Positions 29,777 to 40,356 are shown, counted from the first letter of the stretch. The stretch is DNA of 64,000 bases from Planctomycetota bacterium (GCA_965223845.1 CBDCXR010000004.1:3328001-3392000); one strand, 5' to 3'. The notes: a model not told the origin generated them from the sequence alone. Made by a program: numbers and translations.

Positions 29777-30826
29777 TCAGTCCTTCAGCGCACTCCCGAA
29801 GTCGCCGCTTCGAAGACGAAACGAGCTGTGGACGTGATTCGCGCCGTTCTGCGTGTTCGAGTAGTTGATGACGTAGCTCGGCGAATGGACGAGATACGAG
29901 TGCGCCTCGAACGGCTTCGAACTTCCGCGCCACGCAATGTGGAACTTTTTGAGTCCGCCGTCCTTCTCGATCTGCTTCCAAACGCCCCGCGAGACGTCCG
30001 GGGGAAGCTTGAGTAGATACGCGTCGACCCAGCGGCGGAGGATCTCGATCTGCGCCTCACTCAGCGAAGCGGCGTCGACGCCGGCCGGGAACGGTCCGTC
30101 GTAGGCCGCTTTTTGCGTCGACGGAACTTCATCCGGTACTTCCTCTCCGAGCGCGCGGGCGCGCTGCGCATCATCGAGCGCGTTCATGAACTCACGGGGA
30201 ATCGTCTCGACGTACTTGAGCACTTGGAGCCCCTTCTTCGGCCCGTCCTTCACCGTGCCGGGATTCGATCCGAAGAATGACGGCGTCGCCGAGACGAGCC
30301 GGTCGCCCTCGAGCTGAAAGTTCACCGAAAGATGGTGACCCTCGTAGCGCCAGCCCCACTTGCCCGCCTTCGACGGCGCGCCGAAGAAGCTGAGGAAATA
30401 GAGCTCCGGGTCGCGTGAGAATCGGCGATTCGGCCCCTCGATCTGCTGCAGGACCGCCTCGAGGCTTCTGACTTCCTCGACCTTCTTGTAGCCCGCCGCG
30501 CCGAGTCCCGCGACGAGGAGCGCCTTTAGCTTCGCGCGCTGCGCGACGCTCAGCTTGCTGAGGACGACGCCGACGCGGTCGCGCGGAACGAAGTGCCAGT
30601 CGACGTGCTCTTTGCCGCCGAAGGCGAACGTCGCCGCCTTGCGCCCGTCCTCTCCGAGCGCCTCGTAGAGAGCGGTCGCCGCCGCGAGGATGCGCGGACC
30701 GGAACGAATGCCGTCGGCGGTCGCGGACGAACCGAGCTCGGAGTCCAACCATCGGGGGACGACGACCGCGCTCAGCAGGAACGTCGCCGAGGCGAAGAAG
30801 AGGCACTTGTTCATGTTGCTGACCAT
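29777..30826 (-). CDS. DUF3500 domain protein
   Basis: WHFVP..R.G, Y.LSFFG.P....WGWRYEGHHLSVN, TPSFFGSNP, NTQNGANHVHS. Confidence 0.85.
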   Translation of the reverse strand: MVSNMNKCLFFASATFLLSAVVVPRWLDSELGSSATADGIRSGPRILAAATALYEALGEDGRKAATFAFGGKEHVDWHFVPRDRVGVVLSKLSVAQRAKLKALLVAGLGAAGYKKVEEVRSLEAVLQQIEGPNRRFSRDPELYFLSFFGAPSKAGKWGWRYEGHHLSVNFQLEGDRLVSATPSFFGSNPGTVKDGPKKGLQVLKYVETIPREFMNALDDAQRARALGEEVPDEVPSTQKAAYDGPFPAGVDAASLSEAQIEILRRWVDAYLLKLPPDVSRGVWKQIEKDGGLKKFHIAWRGSSKPFEAHSYLVHSPSYVINYSNTQNGANHVHSSFRLRSGDFGSALKD

Positions 30827-30967
30827 CCGATTCGTTCGGAACGAGACATCGAGATAGAAATGCGATCGCCGGAATGGAAACGCGACCGCAGCGGCGCTCA
30901 GTATACCCGAATCGACGAACGCGACGAGGAAAGCTTCGCTCCGGCCGGAGCGAGGGCGAGGGTGCGA

Positions 30968-32299
30968 TCAGTTCGTCTCGCCGCCCAGCGACGCTACGGG
31001 ATACCCGACGGGGAGCGCATCCATGAAGGCGCTGACCGAGAACACCGCGCGACCGCAGCCCGGCTCTCCGTACCCCGGAGGGGCCGGCAGGCGATGCCGC
31101 TCGAGCGTCTCGCGCCAGACGCGAAGAAGGCCGACGTGGTACTCGAGCGGGGCTGGTCCCTGGTCACGGCCGAGCACGCTGAGCGGCTCCGGACACCACG
31201 TCGTATAGCGAGGAGTAACGCCTTTCGACATGAAGAACTCGAGCCCTTCACCGGTCGAACGGAGCGCCGCTTCGACCGATTCGAATCCGTGGGGACGCGC
31301 GAGCTCGACGCCGGCGACGAAGTTCGGGATCACGCGCGACGGATCGAACACATTGGCGGCATCGACGATGCGACGCACCCACTCGTCGCGGCCGATGAAA
31401 CGCTCTTTCCCGGGGCAGATCTTCGCGAAGAGGTCACGGTCCCAGACCTCGTAATTCGGGTGATAGATCTGGACTCCCGCGTCGATGAATCGGTGGAGAA
31501 CGTCCTTCGGGTGCGCCTGCACGACGAGCTTCGAGATCCAGCGGCCGGGGAAGCGATCGCGGATCGCGCGAGCGTACTGCGTGTAAAACTCCACTTCGTC
31601 GAGTCCACCGAGATGCCGCGTGATGCTGCCGCCCGTGATCGTGAGCGCGCGCGAGCGGCGCTCGGTGTCCTCCTCGTCGATGATGGCGAGCGCCTCGAGA
31701 ATTTCATCGACATCTTTCACCGTGTTGTACGAGCGGCCGGCCGCTTTTTGTTGGCGGACGTTCTCGTTGATGTCGCAGAACTGACACTCTTCCTTGAACC
31801 CGAAGTACTGGCACTTTCGGTACACGGTGAGGTACACGAGGTAGCCCCACTCGATCGTCGGCGCGATCTCGGTGAGGGAGCGGCCACTAGCGAGATCGCG
31901 CCGGTAGTAGGACGGCACGTCCTGGAGCTCGACATCGGAAAGCTGTTCGCCTTCTGCGAGGAGCGCGAGCCGACCATCGCGGACATCGACTTCGTAAGGC
32001 GAGTTCGGGTCGATGCGAACACTGACGATCGTACGGCGAAAGTTCCCCGGTCCTCCGACGAGGGCGATCTCTTCCGGCGCGCGCAAGTTCTCCTCGCGGG
32101 ACAGCTCCGAGATCGGTCGGCGGTCGAAGCTGAAAATGAAGTAGCTCTTCGGTTTCGCGCCCGAGGAGACACGCAGGGCGTCCTCGGAGAGCGCGACCCC
32201 GAGTCGGAGGAGATCCTCCTTCACGATCGCTTCACGCGGAACGTCAGGGTACTCTTCGGCGAGGGCGTCGATCGACGTCACTCGACTCACGATGGCCAT
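30968..32299 (-). CDS. Radical SAM protein with extended CX8CX2C motif
   Basis: CQYFGFKEECQFC, TITGGS, NYEVWD..LF..ICPGK, NFVAGVE. Confidence 0.75.
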   Translation of the reverse strand: MAIVSRVTSIDALAEEYPDVPREAIVKEDLLRLGVALSEDALRVSSGAKPKSYFIFSFDRRPISELSREENLRAPEEIALVGGPGNFRRTIVSVRIDPNSPYEVDVRDGRLALLAEGEQLSDVELQDVPSYYRRDLASGRSLTEIAPTIEWGYLVYLTVYRKCQYFGFKEECQFCDINENVRQQKAAGRSYNTVKDVDEILEALAIIDEEDTERRSRALTITGGSITRHLGGLDEVEFYTQYARAIRDRFPGRWISKLVVQAHPKDVLHRFIDAGVQIYHPNYEVWDRDLFAKICPGKERFIGRDEWVRRIVDAANVFDPSRVIPNFVAGVELARPHGFESVEAALRSTGEGLEFFMSKGVTPRYTTWCPEPLSVLGRDQGPAPLEYHVGLLRVWRETLERHRLPAPPGYGEPGCGRAVFSVSAFMDALPVGYPVASLGGETN

Positions 32300-32813
32300 C
32301 GCTCAACTCGCTTCGCGGCGGCGGGCTAGACCGCGCCGCCGGCTTCGTTCTCCGGTTTCAAACCGGTCCACGGACGTAGTTTCACCGCGCGGATCCGGCA
32401 AAACGCGCGGCCGGACCGCCCAACTCGGTCGGACGACGGCGCCGACCGATCGGGGCTCGGTTGTACCGCCGGCATTCGCGCGGCGCAACCGAGGGACATC
32501 CTCGCCCCACCGGCCGAAACCGCAGACCCGAGACCGGACTAACAGATGCCTGAACGAGCGCGGAGGCCTTTTCTCTTACGGATCGCTCCCTGTCGCCCTA
32601 TCATCGGCTCGATTCAGGCACTCGCGGGTGACGAGATGCCTGCACTCGAGACCTCCTTCCCGCCGGCCGGAGGATCTCCTTCGGAGAGTGCAGCCCCCCG
32701 GGGAAACGAGGCAGGATCGCCGCGTCAGCTCGCGGCCGGGGCACACTACGGGCAATCGTGGCTCGACACGTCTAAAGAATACCGATCGAAACCAAAACAG
32801 AGGGTGACTTCCG

Positions 32814-33479
32814 ATGAAGTTCGCGAGTTTACGAACTCGTCTCGTGGGTACGTCATGTTTGGTTGCGGCGAGCCTCGCCGCCCTCTCGCTCGACGTCGCT
32901 CCCGCCCGGGCCGCGCTCGTTCCGCTCGGCCTCAAGTCTCTCACGCAGAAATCCGACCTCGTCGTCACGGGGAGAGTCGTCGGCGCTCGGTCGTACCTCG
33001 GCTCCTACTACCATCTCGGCGAGATCGCCTACACGGACGTCACCATCGAGATCGATCAAGTCCTCCGCGGCGAGCTCGCCGAGCGCACGAAGACGATCGT
33101 CGTCCAGACCCGCGGCGGGGTGTTCACCGACTGGAAGCAGGTCTGGCCGGAGGAAGCCCGCTTCGAACGCGACGAGCGAGTGCTCCTGTTTCTCCGCCGG
33201 TCGAAGGACGCGCGCTCGGGGAACAAACTCCGCGCAACGGGCTGGCGTCAAGGGAAGTACCGTCTCTCGAAAGACGGGACGGTCGTCCTCGGGCAGTCGG
33301 ATCTACCGATCGGTCGGTCGACGCAGCTCTCCCGGGTGGAGCTTCAGATCGATCTCTACGCGGCGGCCAGCGCGTCGACGGCGGAGGGGAATGCGCCCGA
33401 CGCCGCGAGCGGCAGCACGAACACGATTGAATCGACTCGTTCTCGAGTCGATTCGGAGACGGGAGGGACGGAACGATGA
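32814..33479 (+). CDS. Secreted hypothetical protein (partner of the downstream matrixin)
   Basis: Signal peptide; L..L...SDLVVTGRV, GG......PEEARF..DERVLLFL, G..QGKY; ATGA overlap with the next gene. Confidence 0.7.
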   Translation: MKFASLRTRLVGTSCLVAASLAALSLDVAPARAALVPLGLKSLTQKSDLVVTGRVVGARSYLGSYYHLGEIAYTDVTIEIDQVLRGELAERTKTIVVQTRGGVFTDWKQVWPEEARFERDERVLLFLRRSKDARSGNKLRATGWRQGKYRLSKDGTVVLGQSDLPIGRSTQLSRVELQIDLYAAASASTAEGNAPDAASGSTNTIESTRSRVDSETGGTER

Positions 33480-35398
33480 TGCGCCCGCGCCGTCCGACTC
33501 GACTCCGCCACCGCCGGCGGACGATTCCGTTCGTCGCCGCGCTCGCGTCGGCACTCACCGTCATCGCGCTCGTGCCGGCATCGGCGTTCGAGGTGATCGG
33601 GAAGTGGGAGTTCAACGAGCTCCGCTTCCGCTTCAACCCGAACTTTCCCGCCGGCGAGGAAGACCTTCAAGAGCAGATCGTGCGCTGCGCGGCCGCGGTC
33701 TGGGAAGAGCAAACGGCGGCGCCGTTCACCTTCCGGTACCTCGGCCGGACCGCGATCGCGGAGCTCGATCGAACGGATGGGGTGAATGCGGTTTTCTTCG
33801 CGGACGTGGACGGCGACGGCGCGCTCGCGTCGACGGCGCTGATCGTCGAACGGACGACCGACACGGTGCGGTCGTTCGACATGATCTTCTACGGCTCGAC
33901 TCTCGACAAAGACATCGACTGGACGACGGCGAGCACACCGCCCCCTGGGACTCACGACATCGGCGGCGTCGCTACCCACGAGCTCGGTCACGGAGCCGGA
34001 CTCGACCACTCGGCGGTCCCGGCGTCGACGATGTTCGAGGCGACAGCCGGGAGCGGGATCCATCTCCGAACTCTCGATCCGGACGACATGGCCGGACTCG
34101 AATTTCTCTACGGCGCAGAGCCCGGGCACGAGGGGGCCGAGATCCGGATCACGTCACTCGACCCGAGCGGCGGCCCCGGACAAGGCGGCAACGAAGTGAT
34201 CGTGCGCGGCGCCAACTTCACCTACAGCATCGATACACGCGTCTTCGTCGACGGGCTCGCGGTCGACCGGTCCGATTGGGAGGTCGTCGCGTGCGACGAG
34301 ATCCGCATCGCGAGCATGCCTCCGGGACCGGAAGGACGTGTCGATCTCACCGTTCTCAACTCACTCGGTGAGACCACCCTCGCGGCCGCGTATCGCTACG
34401 GGGATCCCGCCCCGCTCATCACGGGGATCGATCCGAGCGAGAGCGGGATCGAGGGCGGAGTCGAGGTCACCGTCAACGGTCACGCGTTCACGGAGAACGC
34501 GGTCGTCGAGATCGACGGCCGTCCGCTCGAGGACCAGGTCTTCGTCGACGCCGAAACGATCATCGGCATGGTCCCCTCCGGCGAAGTTGGTGGGCTCGTC
34601 GACGTCACTCTGCGCCAGGAAGGTGACGTGAGCACGCTCTCCGAAGCGTTTTTCTACAATGCCTACCGGATCGTCATCGGCCAGTCGACGGCCGCTCCCG
34701 GTGAAACGAGCGTTCCCGTTCCCGTCTTCTCGTCGAGCCCCGACCCGCTGCAATCGCTCTCGTTCGTCATCGACTACGATCCGGCGGCGATCGCGCTCGA
34801 CTCGGTCTCGACCGCGCCGAGCGAAGCGATCACCGGCGAAGCGCCAGGATTCGCGCAGGCTAAGGTCGACTCGGAAACCGGTCTCGCGACGATCGGCGTC
34901 GTGTTTCGCTTGAGTGGCGAACCCGATCTTCCCGCGGGCGATGGCCTCCACTTCGCGGATCTGCTGTTCAGCGTCGCCGACGATGCCGCCGAGACCGAGC
35001 ACTCGATCACTCTCCTCGAGCGCGGTGGCTCGCCGGAGATCATCACGCTGGTCAACCCGAGCGTCGGCGGAACGTCCGAGGTCGCTCCGGTCCTCGAGGG
35101 CGGCTCCCTCACCGTCGCGGTCGCGACGGACCGGTTTATCCGCGGCGACTCAAACGGCGACGCCGACGTGAACGTCGCCGACGCCGTGTTCTCTCTCAAC
35201 CGTCTCTTCGGGGACGGGATTCCGCCGCCGTGCGCGAAGGCCGCCGACGCGAACGACGATGGCGACTTCAACATCGCCGACCCCATCCGCGTGTTGAACT
35301 TTCTTTTCGTCGATGCGATCGCGCTGCCGGCGCCGTATCCAAACGCCGGGAACGATCCGACCCCGGACGAGCTGACCTGCGAGAAGCCGCTTCCGTAG
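33476..35398 (+). CDS. Secreted matrixin (M10-like metzincin) with 2 IPT/TIG, cohesin-like and dockerin-like domains
   Basis: HELGHGAGLDHS zinc motif + STM Met-turn; ITS.DP..G...GG..V.V.G repeats; FVIDYDP cohesin-like segment; FIRGDSNGD...DANDDG duplicated Ca-binding loops. Confidence 0.85.
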   Translation: MMRPRRPTRLRHRRRTIPFVAALASALTVIALVPASAFEVIGKWEFNELRFRFNPNFPAGEEDLQEQIVRCAAAVWEEQTAAPFTFRYLGRTAIAELDRTDGVNAVFFADVDGDGALASTALIVERTTDTVRSFDMIFYGSTLDKDIDWTTASTPPPGTHDIGGVATHELGHGAGLDHSAVPASTMFEATAGSGIHLRTLDPDDMAGLEFLYGAEPGHEGAEIRITSLDPSGGPGQGGNEVIVRGANFTYSIDTRVFVDGLAVDRSDWEVVACDEIRIASMPPGPEGRVDLTVLNSLGETTLAAAYRYGDPAPLITGIDPSESGIEGGVEVTVNGHAFTENAVVEIDGRPLEDQVFVDAETIIGMVPSGEVGGLVDVTLRQEGDVSTLSEAFFYNAYRIVIGQSTAAPGETSVPVPVFSSSPDPLQSLSFVIDYDPAAIALDSVSTAPSEAITGEAPGFAQAKVDSETGLATIGVVFRLSGEPDLPAGDGLHFADLLFSVADDAAETEHSITLLERGGSPEIITLVNPSVGGTSEVAPVLEGGSLTVAVATDRFIRGDSNGDADVNVADAVFSLNRLFGDGIPPPCAKAADANDDGDFNIADPIRVLNFLFVDAIALPAPYPNAGNDPTPDELTCEKPLP

Positions 35399-35439
35399 CT
35401 CGCTGCCGCGCCTTGGATCAGGCCCGAACGGCGCGCCCC

Positions 35440-38400
35440 CTAACGCGCCGTAGAAGAGTCCGGCGAGAGAAGCGGGCTCGTCGGAGTCCCGCGTCCTCGC
35501 GGGCCGGCTCCGTCGTAGCCATCGAGGAACGTCCCCTCGACGACGCGCGTATTCCACTTCTCGCGGTAGGCTCGAGATTCCGGCGATGATGGATACGCTT
35601 CGCCGCCGGAGTAGGGATAGCTCGCCATCGCGCGGAAGGGGAGCGGCTCGACGCGCTCCGGGTGCGCGGTGTAGAGATCCGTGTCCTTACAGTAGCCGGA
35701 TGTCTTTGCGAAGAAGGTTCGCTTCCAGCCGTCGGGAAGGGGTGGGAGGTCGTCCGCGGGGAAGCGGAGTCGAATCCCGTCGCCGGGGCCAAAGATCACG
35801 AAGCGATCGTCGCTCTCCGCGAGGAGCTCGCGCACGTCCCCGAAGCGCGTGTAGGCGCCGGGGAAAACCTTGAAGGTCATGTTCGGGATCAACTCGCCGT
35901 GCCCGTAGATCTTGGGCCGCCGGCCGTCGGGAGATCGCTCGGGGATGAATCCGTGGAACTCGAGGTCGGCCACCCGAGCGGCGAGATCGTGCTCGACGAA
36001 CGTGGCCGCTCTATCCACACCCGCGAGGAACGCTTGATCCCAGTAGATCTCAAGGTTCGTGCGAACGCGGATCCTTCGGTCGCCGGGCTCGAGGAGTTCG
36101 GCGAAATCGACGCTCATGTAGCGCGGGTACCCCGCGGGAAAGCCCCAGTTCTCGCGCAGCGGCCGCCACGTGCCGTCTCGCTCGACTTCGAACGTCGGAA
36201 ACTCGAAGGCCGCGTTCGCCTGGGACGCGGCGAAGTTCGACGTCGAGTAGCCGTACTCGATATACCCGTAGAGAAAAAGATACGGAACGATTCCCGGCGA
36301 GCGGACGAGTGCGTCGAGCTCGTCGCCGAACTCGAGAACCACGCCGTGGGCCTCGCGCGCGAGCCCGGAAAAACGCTCGTCGAGACGGACCTCGTTCCCG
36401 TAGACGCGATCGACGTCGCGGAGACTCGCGGTAACGTCACGACCGCGGAGGTCGAACGCGCGCAGGGGGGTGAGCTGATCGCGAAACCCGAGCACCTGGA
36501 AACCGGGCGGAGGCGGCCCCGCGATCGCGAACATCTCGTCGGGAAGCACCGTGACGTCGCCGGGATGGTCGACGACCGTCAGCTTGAACTCATCGAGATA
36601 CGTGCACTCCTCGAGCGGCTCGAGGATCTCGAGGCGGTATTCCGCGCGCCCGTCCGCTCCCGGGACCTCCGCGAGCTCGGGAAGAAGTAGAAACTCCGTC
36701 GGGTCAGGGCGGTTGTACCGACCCGGCTCCTCGAAGTAGCCGATCCCGCCGACGCCCAGAAAGTCACCGGCGAACTCGTAACCGTCCTTCGTGAGTGCGA
36801 AGAGAATCGGGCACGACGAAGGCTTTCGCTCGACCTCGGGAATCTCGTAGCGCCGGTCGCCCGTGAGGCGGAGCTCCCCCTGAAGAATCCCGTCCGGCCA
36901 CAGGACTCGGACGTAGTCCGCGGAGTCCTCGCCGCCGAGACCGATACTCAGTCGAGGGGGCAGCCGCACGGTGCCGCCTCCGCCCGAGTCGAGCTGGACG
37001 ACCGCGCTGCGTTTGCCGGCGCGGACTTCGACCGTCGCGCCGCGTCCGGCGGTGTTCGCGCGCTCCTTTCCGGGGATCGGGGTCGTCGGCCCTTGAAGAT
37101 CGATCGTGAGCCACCGCGTCGTGAGGTCGAGCGGCCACGCGCGCACTCCCACGTGGCGATCGTAGACGACGAACTCGGGAGGACCGCTTTTCGCGATCGC
37201 GACGAGAGCTGCACTCGAGTCGTCCGCCGCGCGGACGTCTACGCTGAGGGTGTCCACCGCGACGAGGTCGGCCTCGGGGCTCGCGAGGAGCTCGGCCGGC
37301 CGAGTCGCGCCGGCGGGATCCACCGAAAGAAAGACGAGCTGCGGGGCGAGGACACCGAGCGCGTCGCCCGCCGCGGCGACGCGTGCGCCTTCGATCGTGC
37401 GCAGCTCGCGGAACCGGAGCTGCCCCTCATTCGCGATGAGCTTCACCGCCGTGTCGGTGAGAGCGACGAGGTCCGGATCGTCGTCGCCGTCGAGATTACA
37501 GGTGACGACGGACCGGAGTCCGGCGAGCGTCGGAATCCCGCTCGTCGCGGCATCGATCGCGCGGTACCGCCACACACGCTCGTTCGAGTACACCGTCGCA
37601 ACGCCGTCGCCGTCGAACACGATCAAATCTTGGTCGATGTCCCCGTCGAGATCGGAAACGACGAGCTCTCGAGCGGCAAAGGGAAGATCGCTCATCTCTT
37701 CGGAGGCGACATCGGTGAACGAGCCATCACGATTGTTGTTGAGGATCTCGATGCGGCTTCGGACGGCCCCCTCGACGCTTCGCTGGCGGAGGACGACGAT
37801 GTCGAGGTCCCAGTCGCTGTCGGCGTCGACGGGAATCACGCGCAGCGGAGTTCCCTTGAGCTCCGCACCGAGGTTCGACCGCATCTCACTGAACGTCGTT
37901 CCGTCGCTCGACCGGAAGAGGCGGAGCCCGTCGACCTCCCCCGCGATGATCTCCGGCCGCCGATCGCCGTCGAGATCTCCCGAGGCGCCGACCGTAGCAT
38001 CCGCAGCGATGACCGCAAGCTCGCGAAACGCTCCGTCGTCGCCGCGAGCCACGACGACGACTTCGGAGCCGCCGCCGGACTTCGCCGCACCGAACAGGAT
38101 CGTTTCGAGCTCGCCGTTTCGCGTAAGGTCATCGAAGCTCACCGCCGGCGCGATCGCACGACCATCCGGTGCGGTTCGAGCGATCGCTCGCCGCGTCGAG
38201 ACGACGACCGGAGCTCCGAACTTCGGCGTCCCCGGCGGCTTCCACGCAACGGGGGTCGGGTCCGTCCACCCGGGTGGAACCGTTCCGCGGAGCGCGAGCA
38301 TGTACCGCCCGCCCTCGCCGTACTTGATCCCGGGCTTGATCGCAGCGCCGGCATCTTCGAGTCGCTTGAACTCTTCGAGCGATGCGGCAATGCGGTCGCG

Positions 38401-38961
38401 TTTCTTCGTCTTTAGATACACCGTGCGAAGGCGGTAGTGCGCCGATGCAAGCGAGGGCTGGAGTCGCAAGCTCTCCTCGAGCGCCGCGCGGGCATCTTCG
38501 TAGCGCGCAAGCTCCATGAGCACGCTGCCGCGATAGTAATGGATGTACGGTTCGCGCGGATCCTTCGCGGCCGCGCGAGTGAACACGTCGAGGGCCTCAT
38601 CGAAGCGTTCGGTGTGGAGGTAGAGGATCCCGAGAGGAACGAGCGCGTGCGGCGTCTCCGGCTCGAGCTCGAGGGCCCGTTTGAACGCACGTTCCGCGAT
38701 CTCGAGATGTTCGTCCTGAATGTTCAGCGCAGCGAGACCGCGATTCACGTGCGCCGCGAGCCAATCGGGATGGCGATCGGCGAGTGCATCGAAAAACTGG
38801 AACGCGAGCAAGTAGTCGTAGCGCTCGAGATAGCCGATGCCGAGGTTCATCGCGCGCACCGAATCCTCCGGGACGTCGGGACCGCGAGTGCACGCCTGGA
38901 ACGCCAGTGCCCCTAGCGCGAGGAGTACGACGGAAACGATCGAGAGAAAGAATCGACGCAT
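35440..38961 (-). CDS. TPR + FG-GAP repeat + ASPIC/UnbV (CRTAC1-like) lipoprotein
   Basis: Lipobox FQA-C; TPR helices; D.D.D.D.D FG-GAP loops; NT.G.GA.VEV...GLG...VRVLWPDG..Q; KPSSCP. Confidence 0.85.
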   Translation of the reverse strand: MRRFFLSIVSVVLLALGALAFQACTRGPDVPEDSVRAMNLGIGYLERYDYLLAFQFFDALADRHPDWLAAHVNRGLAALNIQDEHLEIAERAFKRALELEPETPHALVPLGILYLHTERFDEALDVFTRAAAKDPREPYIHYYRGSVLMELARYEDARAALEESLRLQPSLASAHYRLRTVYLKTKKRDRIAASLEEFKRLEDAGAAIKPGIKYGEGGRYMLALRGTVPPGWTDPTPVAWKPPGTPKFGAPVVVSTRRAIARTAPDGRAIAPAVSFDDLTRNGELETILFGAAKSGGGSEVVVVARGDDGAFRELAVIAADATVGASGDLDGDRRPEIIAGEVDGLRLFRSSDGTTFSEMRSNLGAELKGTPLRVIPVDADSDWDLDIVVLRQRSVEGAVRSRIEILNNNRDGSFTDVASEEMSDLPFAARELVVSDLDGDIDQDLIVFDGDGVATVYSNERVWRYRAIDAATSGIPTLAGLRSVVTCNLDGDDDPDLVALTDTAVKLIANEGQLRFRELRTIEGARVAAAGDALGVLAPQLVFLSVDPAGATRPAELLASPEADLVAVDTLSVDVRAADDSSAALVAIAKSGPPEFVVYDRHVGVRAWPLDLTTRWLTIDLQGPTTPIPGKERANTAGRGATVEVRAGKRSAVVQLDSGGGGTVRLPPRLSIGLGGEDSADYVRVLWPDGILQGELRLTGDRRYEIPEVERKPSSCPILFALTKDGYEFAGDFLGVGGIGYFEEPGRYNRPDPTEFLLLPELAEVPGADGRAEYRLEILEPLEECTYLDEFKLTVVDHPGDVTVLPDEMFAIAGPPPPGFQVLGFRDQLTPLRAFDLRGRDVTASLRDVDRVYGNEVRLDERFSGLAREAHGVVLEFGDELDALVRSPGIVPYLFLYGYIEYGYSTSNFAASQANAAFEFPTFEVERDGTWRPLRENWGFPAGYPRYMSVDFAELLEPGDRRIRVRTNLEIYWDQAFLAGVDRAATFVEHDLAARVADLEFHGFIPERSPDGRRPKIYGHGELIPNMTFKVFPGAYTRFGDVRELLAESDDRFVIFGPGDGIRLRFPADDLPPLPDGWKRTFFAKTSGYCKDTDLYTAHPERVEPLPFRAMASYPYSGGEAYPSSPESRAYREKWNTRVVEGTFLDGYDGAGPRGRGTPTSPLLSPDSSTAR

Positions 38962-39627
38962 GATTCAGAACGTGGCTCCGGAGGACTAGGGGAAAAACTC
39001 GCCGCGGCCCGGGTCCGCGTCGCGCCTCGGAATCACGCAGCGACGCGCACGACGAACCACCGGAAGGCTAACCGATCCTCCCCGAACATCGGAGCCGAAC
39101 CGGGCGCGGCCGCTACCGCTCGCCCGCGCGGCGATGTCCCGCGATCGCCTCACGGCCGGGCGCGGACCCCCGGCTACCGCAAAACTACTGGCATGAGCCC
39201 CTGACGGGAGTACGATACGGAAACGGGAGGTATAGAACTGGTGAGAGTCGGCGGCTGACGACCGAGCGATCAGTCCGGTGCGTAGCTGTCGATGGACGAG
39301 TGTCCGGCGATTCGCCAGAGCTCGGGGAGACCTTCGGGACGAAGGGACTTCGAGCCGAAGACGGCGGCGCGCGCTCGGCGTTCGTCGCTGCGTGCGTGCG
39401 TTTGACGGCCGCGTCGAGGTCGGGCGAGCGCTCGGTGGGTGCGTAGTCATGCCGGTTTCCATCGACCGCCGGAACTCACTCCTCCGGCGGATCGAGTGAT
39501 TGCTCCGAGAGCCAAACCCTTGAGAGAGGACTGCGTCTTGGGTCGAGAACCGGACGGCTGGAGAGAGTGCGAGGCGGAGAGTTCGGCGGGAGACGCGACT
39601 CACGAACCGCTCAGTCCCGGAAGCGAG

Positions 39628-40356
39628 ATGCATGCTTCTCCATCGTCACCCGAGCTCGCGCGTCCGCGCGAGCCCGCCGGGAAGCGCGGCGATGGACCGC
39701 GCAACGACGATGAGAGTGCGTGCGACGTCGAGCCCTTCGACCGGATCGAGGACTCCGGTCTCGCCTTCGAATCCGACGAAGCGGAGTCACTCGTTTTCGC
39801 CGGAGACGCGCAGATCGTCGTCGAGCCGCGCCCGATCCCGTCGACGCTTCACTCCGCGTTCCTCGAACGGCCGTTCACGCACTGTACGATCTGTTCGCGC
39901 GCACTTCGCTCTCCGTCACCCCCGGGGAGCGAGGGACCCCCGGAGAGCGAGGGACCGCTCCTCTACGAGATCCAAAAGGTCTTTCGCGGCACGGAAGTCC
40001 TCTTCGAGATGGCGATCTGCCGTCACTGCAGTGACGCGATTTCCCGCGAGTTCTCCGAGGAATCATTGAACGCCATGAAGGGATTCCTCCTCGCGAACTT
40101 CCGTCCGAGTGGGGACGCCGCGACCTGCCATTTCTGTCGAGTCCCCGTCGATCTTCCCGGGCGCTGGACCGTCGTGGGCGCTTGCCATTCCGATCGACTC
40201 CTCTTCCCCGAGTTCGTCGCGTGCGAGCCGTGCACGGAGAGCCTTCAGCTTCAGCTGTCGCAGAAGACTCGGGACACTCAGGATGAGTTCATCCGCGACC
40301 ACTTCCCCGGCGTGCCCGCCGACATGGACGTGAGTCCGCGGGTCTTCGGGATCTGA
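39628..40356 (+). CDS. Hypothetical protein with four CxxC pairs (putative double zinc finger)
   Basis: CTIC, CRHC, CHFC, CEPC; host-like codon usage from about 39.7 kb; start uncertain. Confidence 0.65.
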   Translation: MHASPSSPELARPREPAGKRGDGPRNDDESACDVEPFDRIEDSGLAFESDEAESLVFAGDAQIVVEPRPIPSTLHSAFLERPFTHCTICSRALRSPSPPGSEGPPESEGPLLYEIQKVFRGTEVLFEMAICRHCSDAISREFSEESLNAMKGFLLANFRPSGDAATCHFCRVPVDLPGRWTVVGACHSDRLLFPEFVACEPCTESLQLQLSQKTRDTQDEFIRDHFPGVPADMDVSPRVFGI

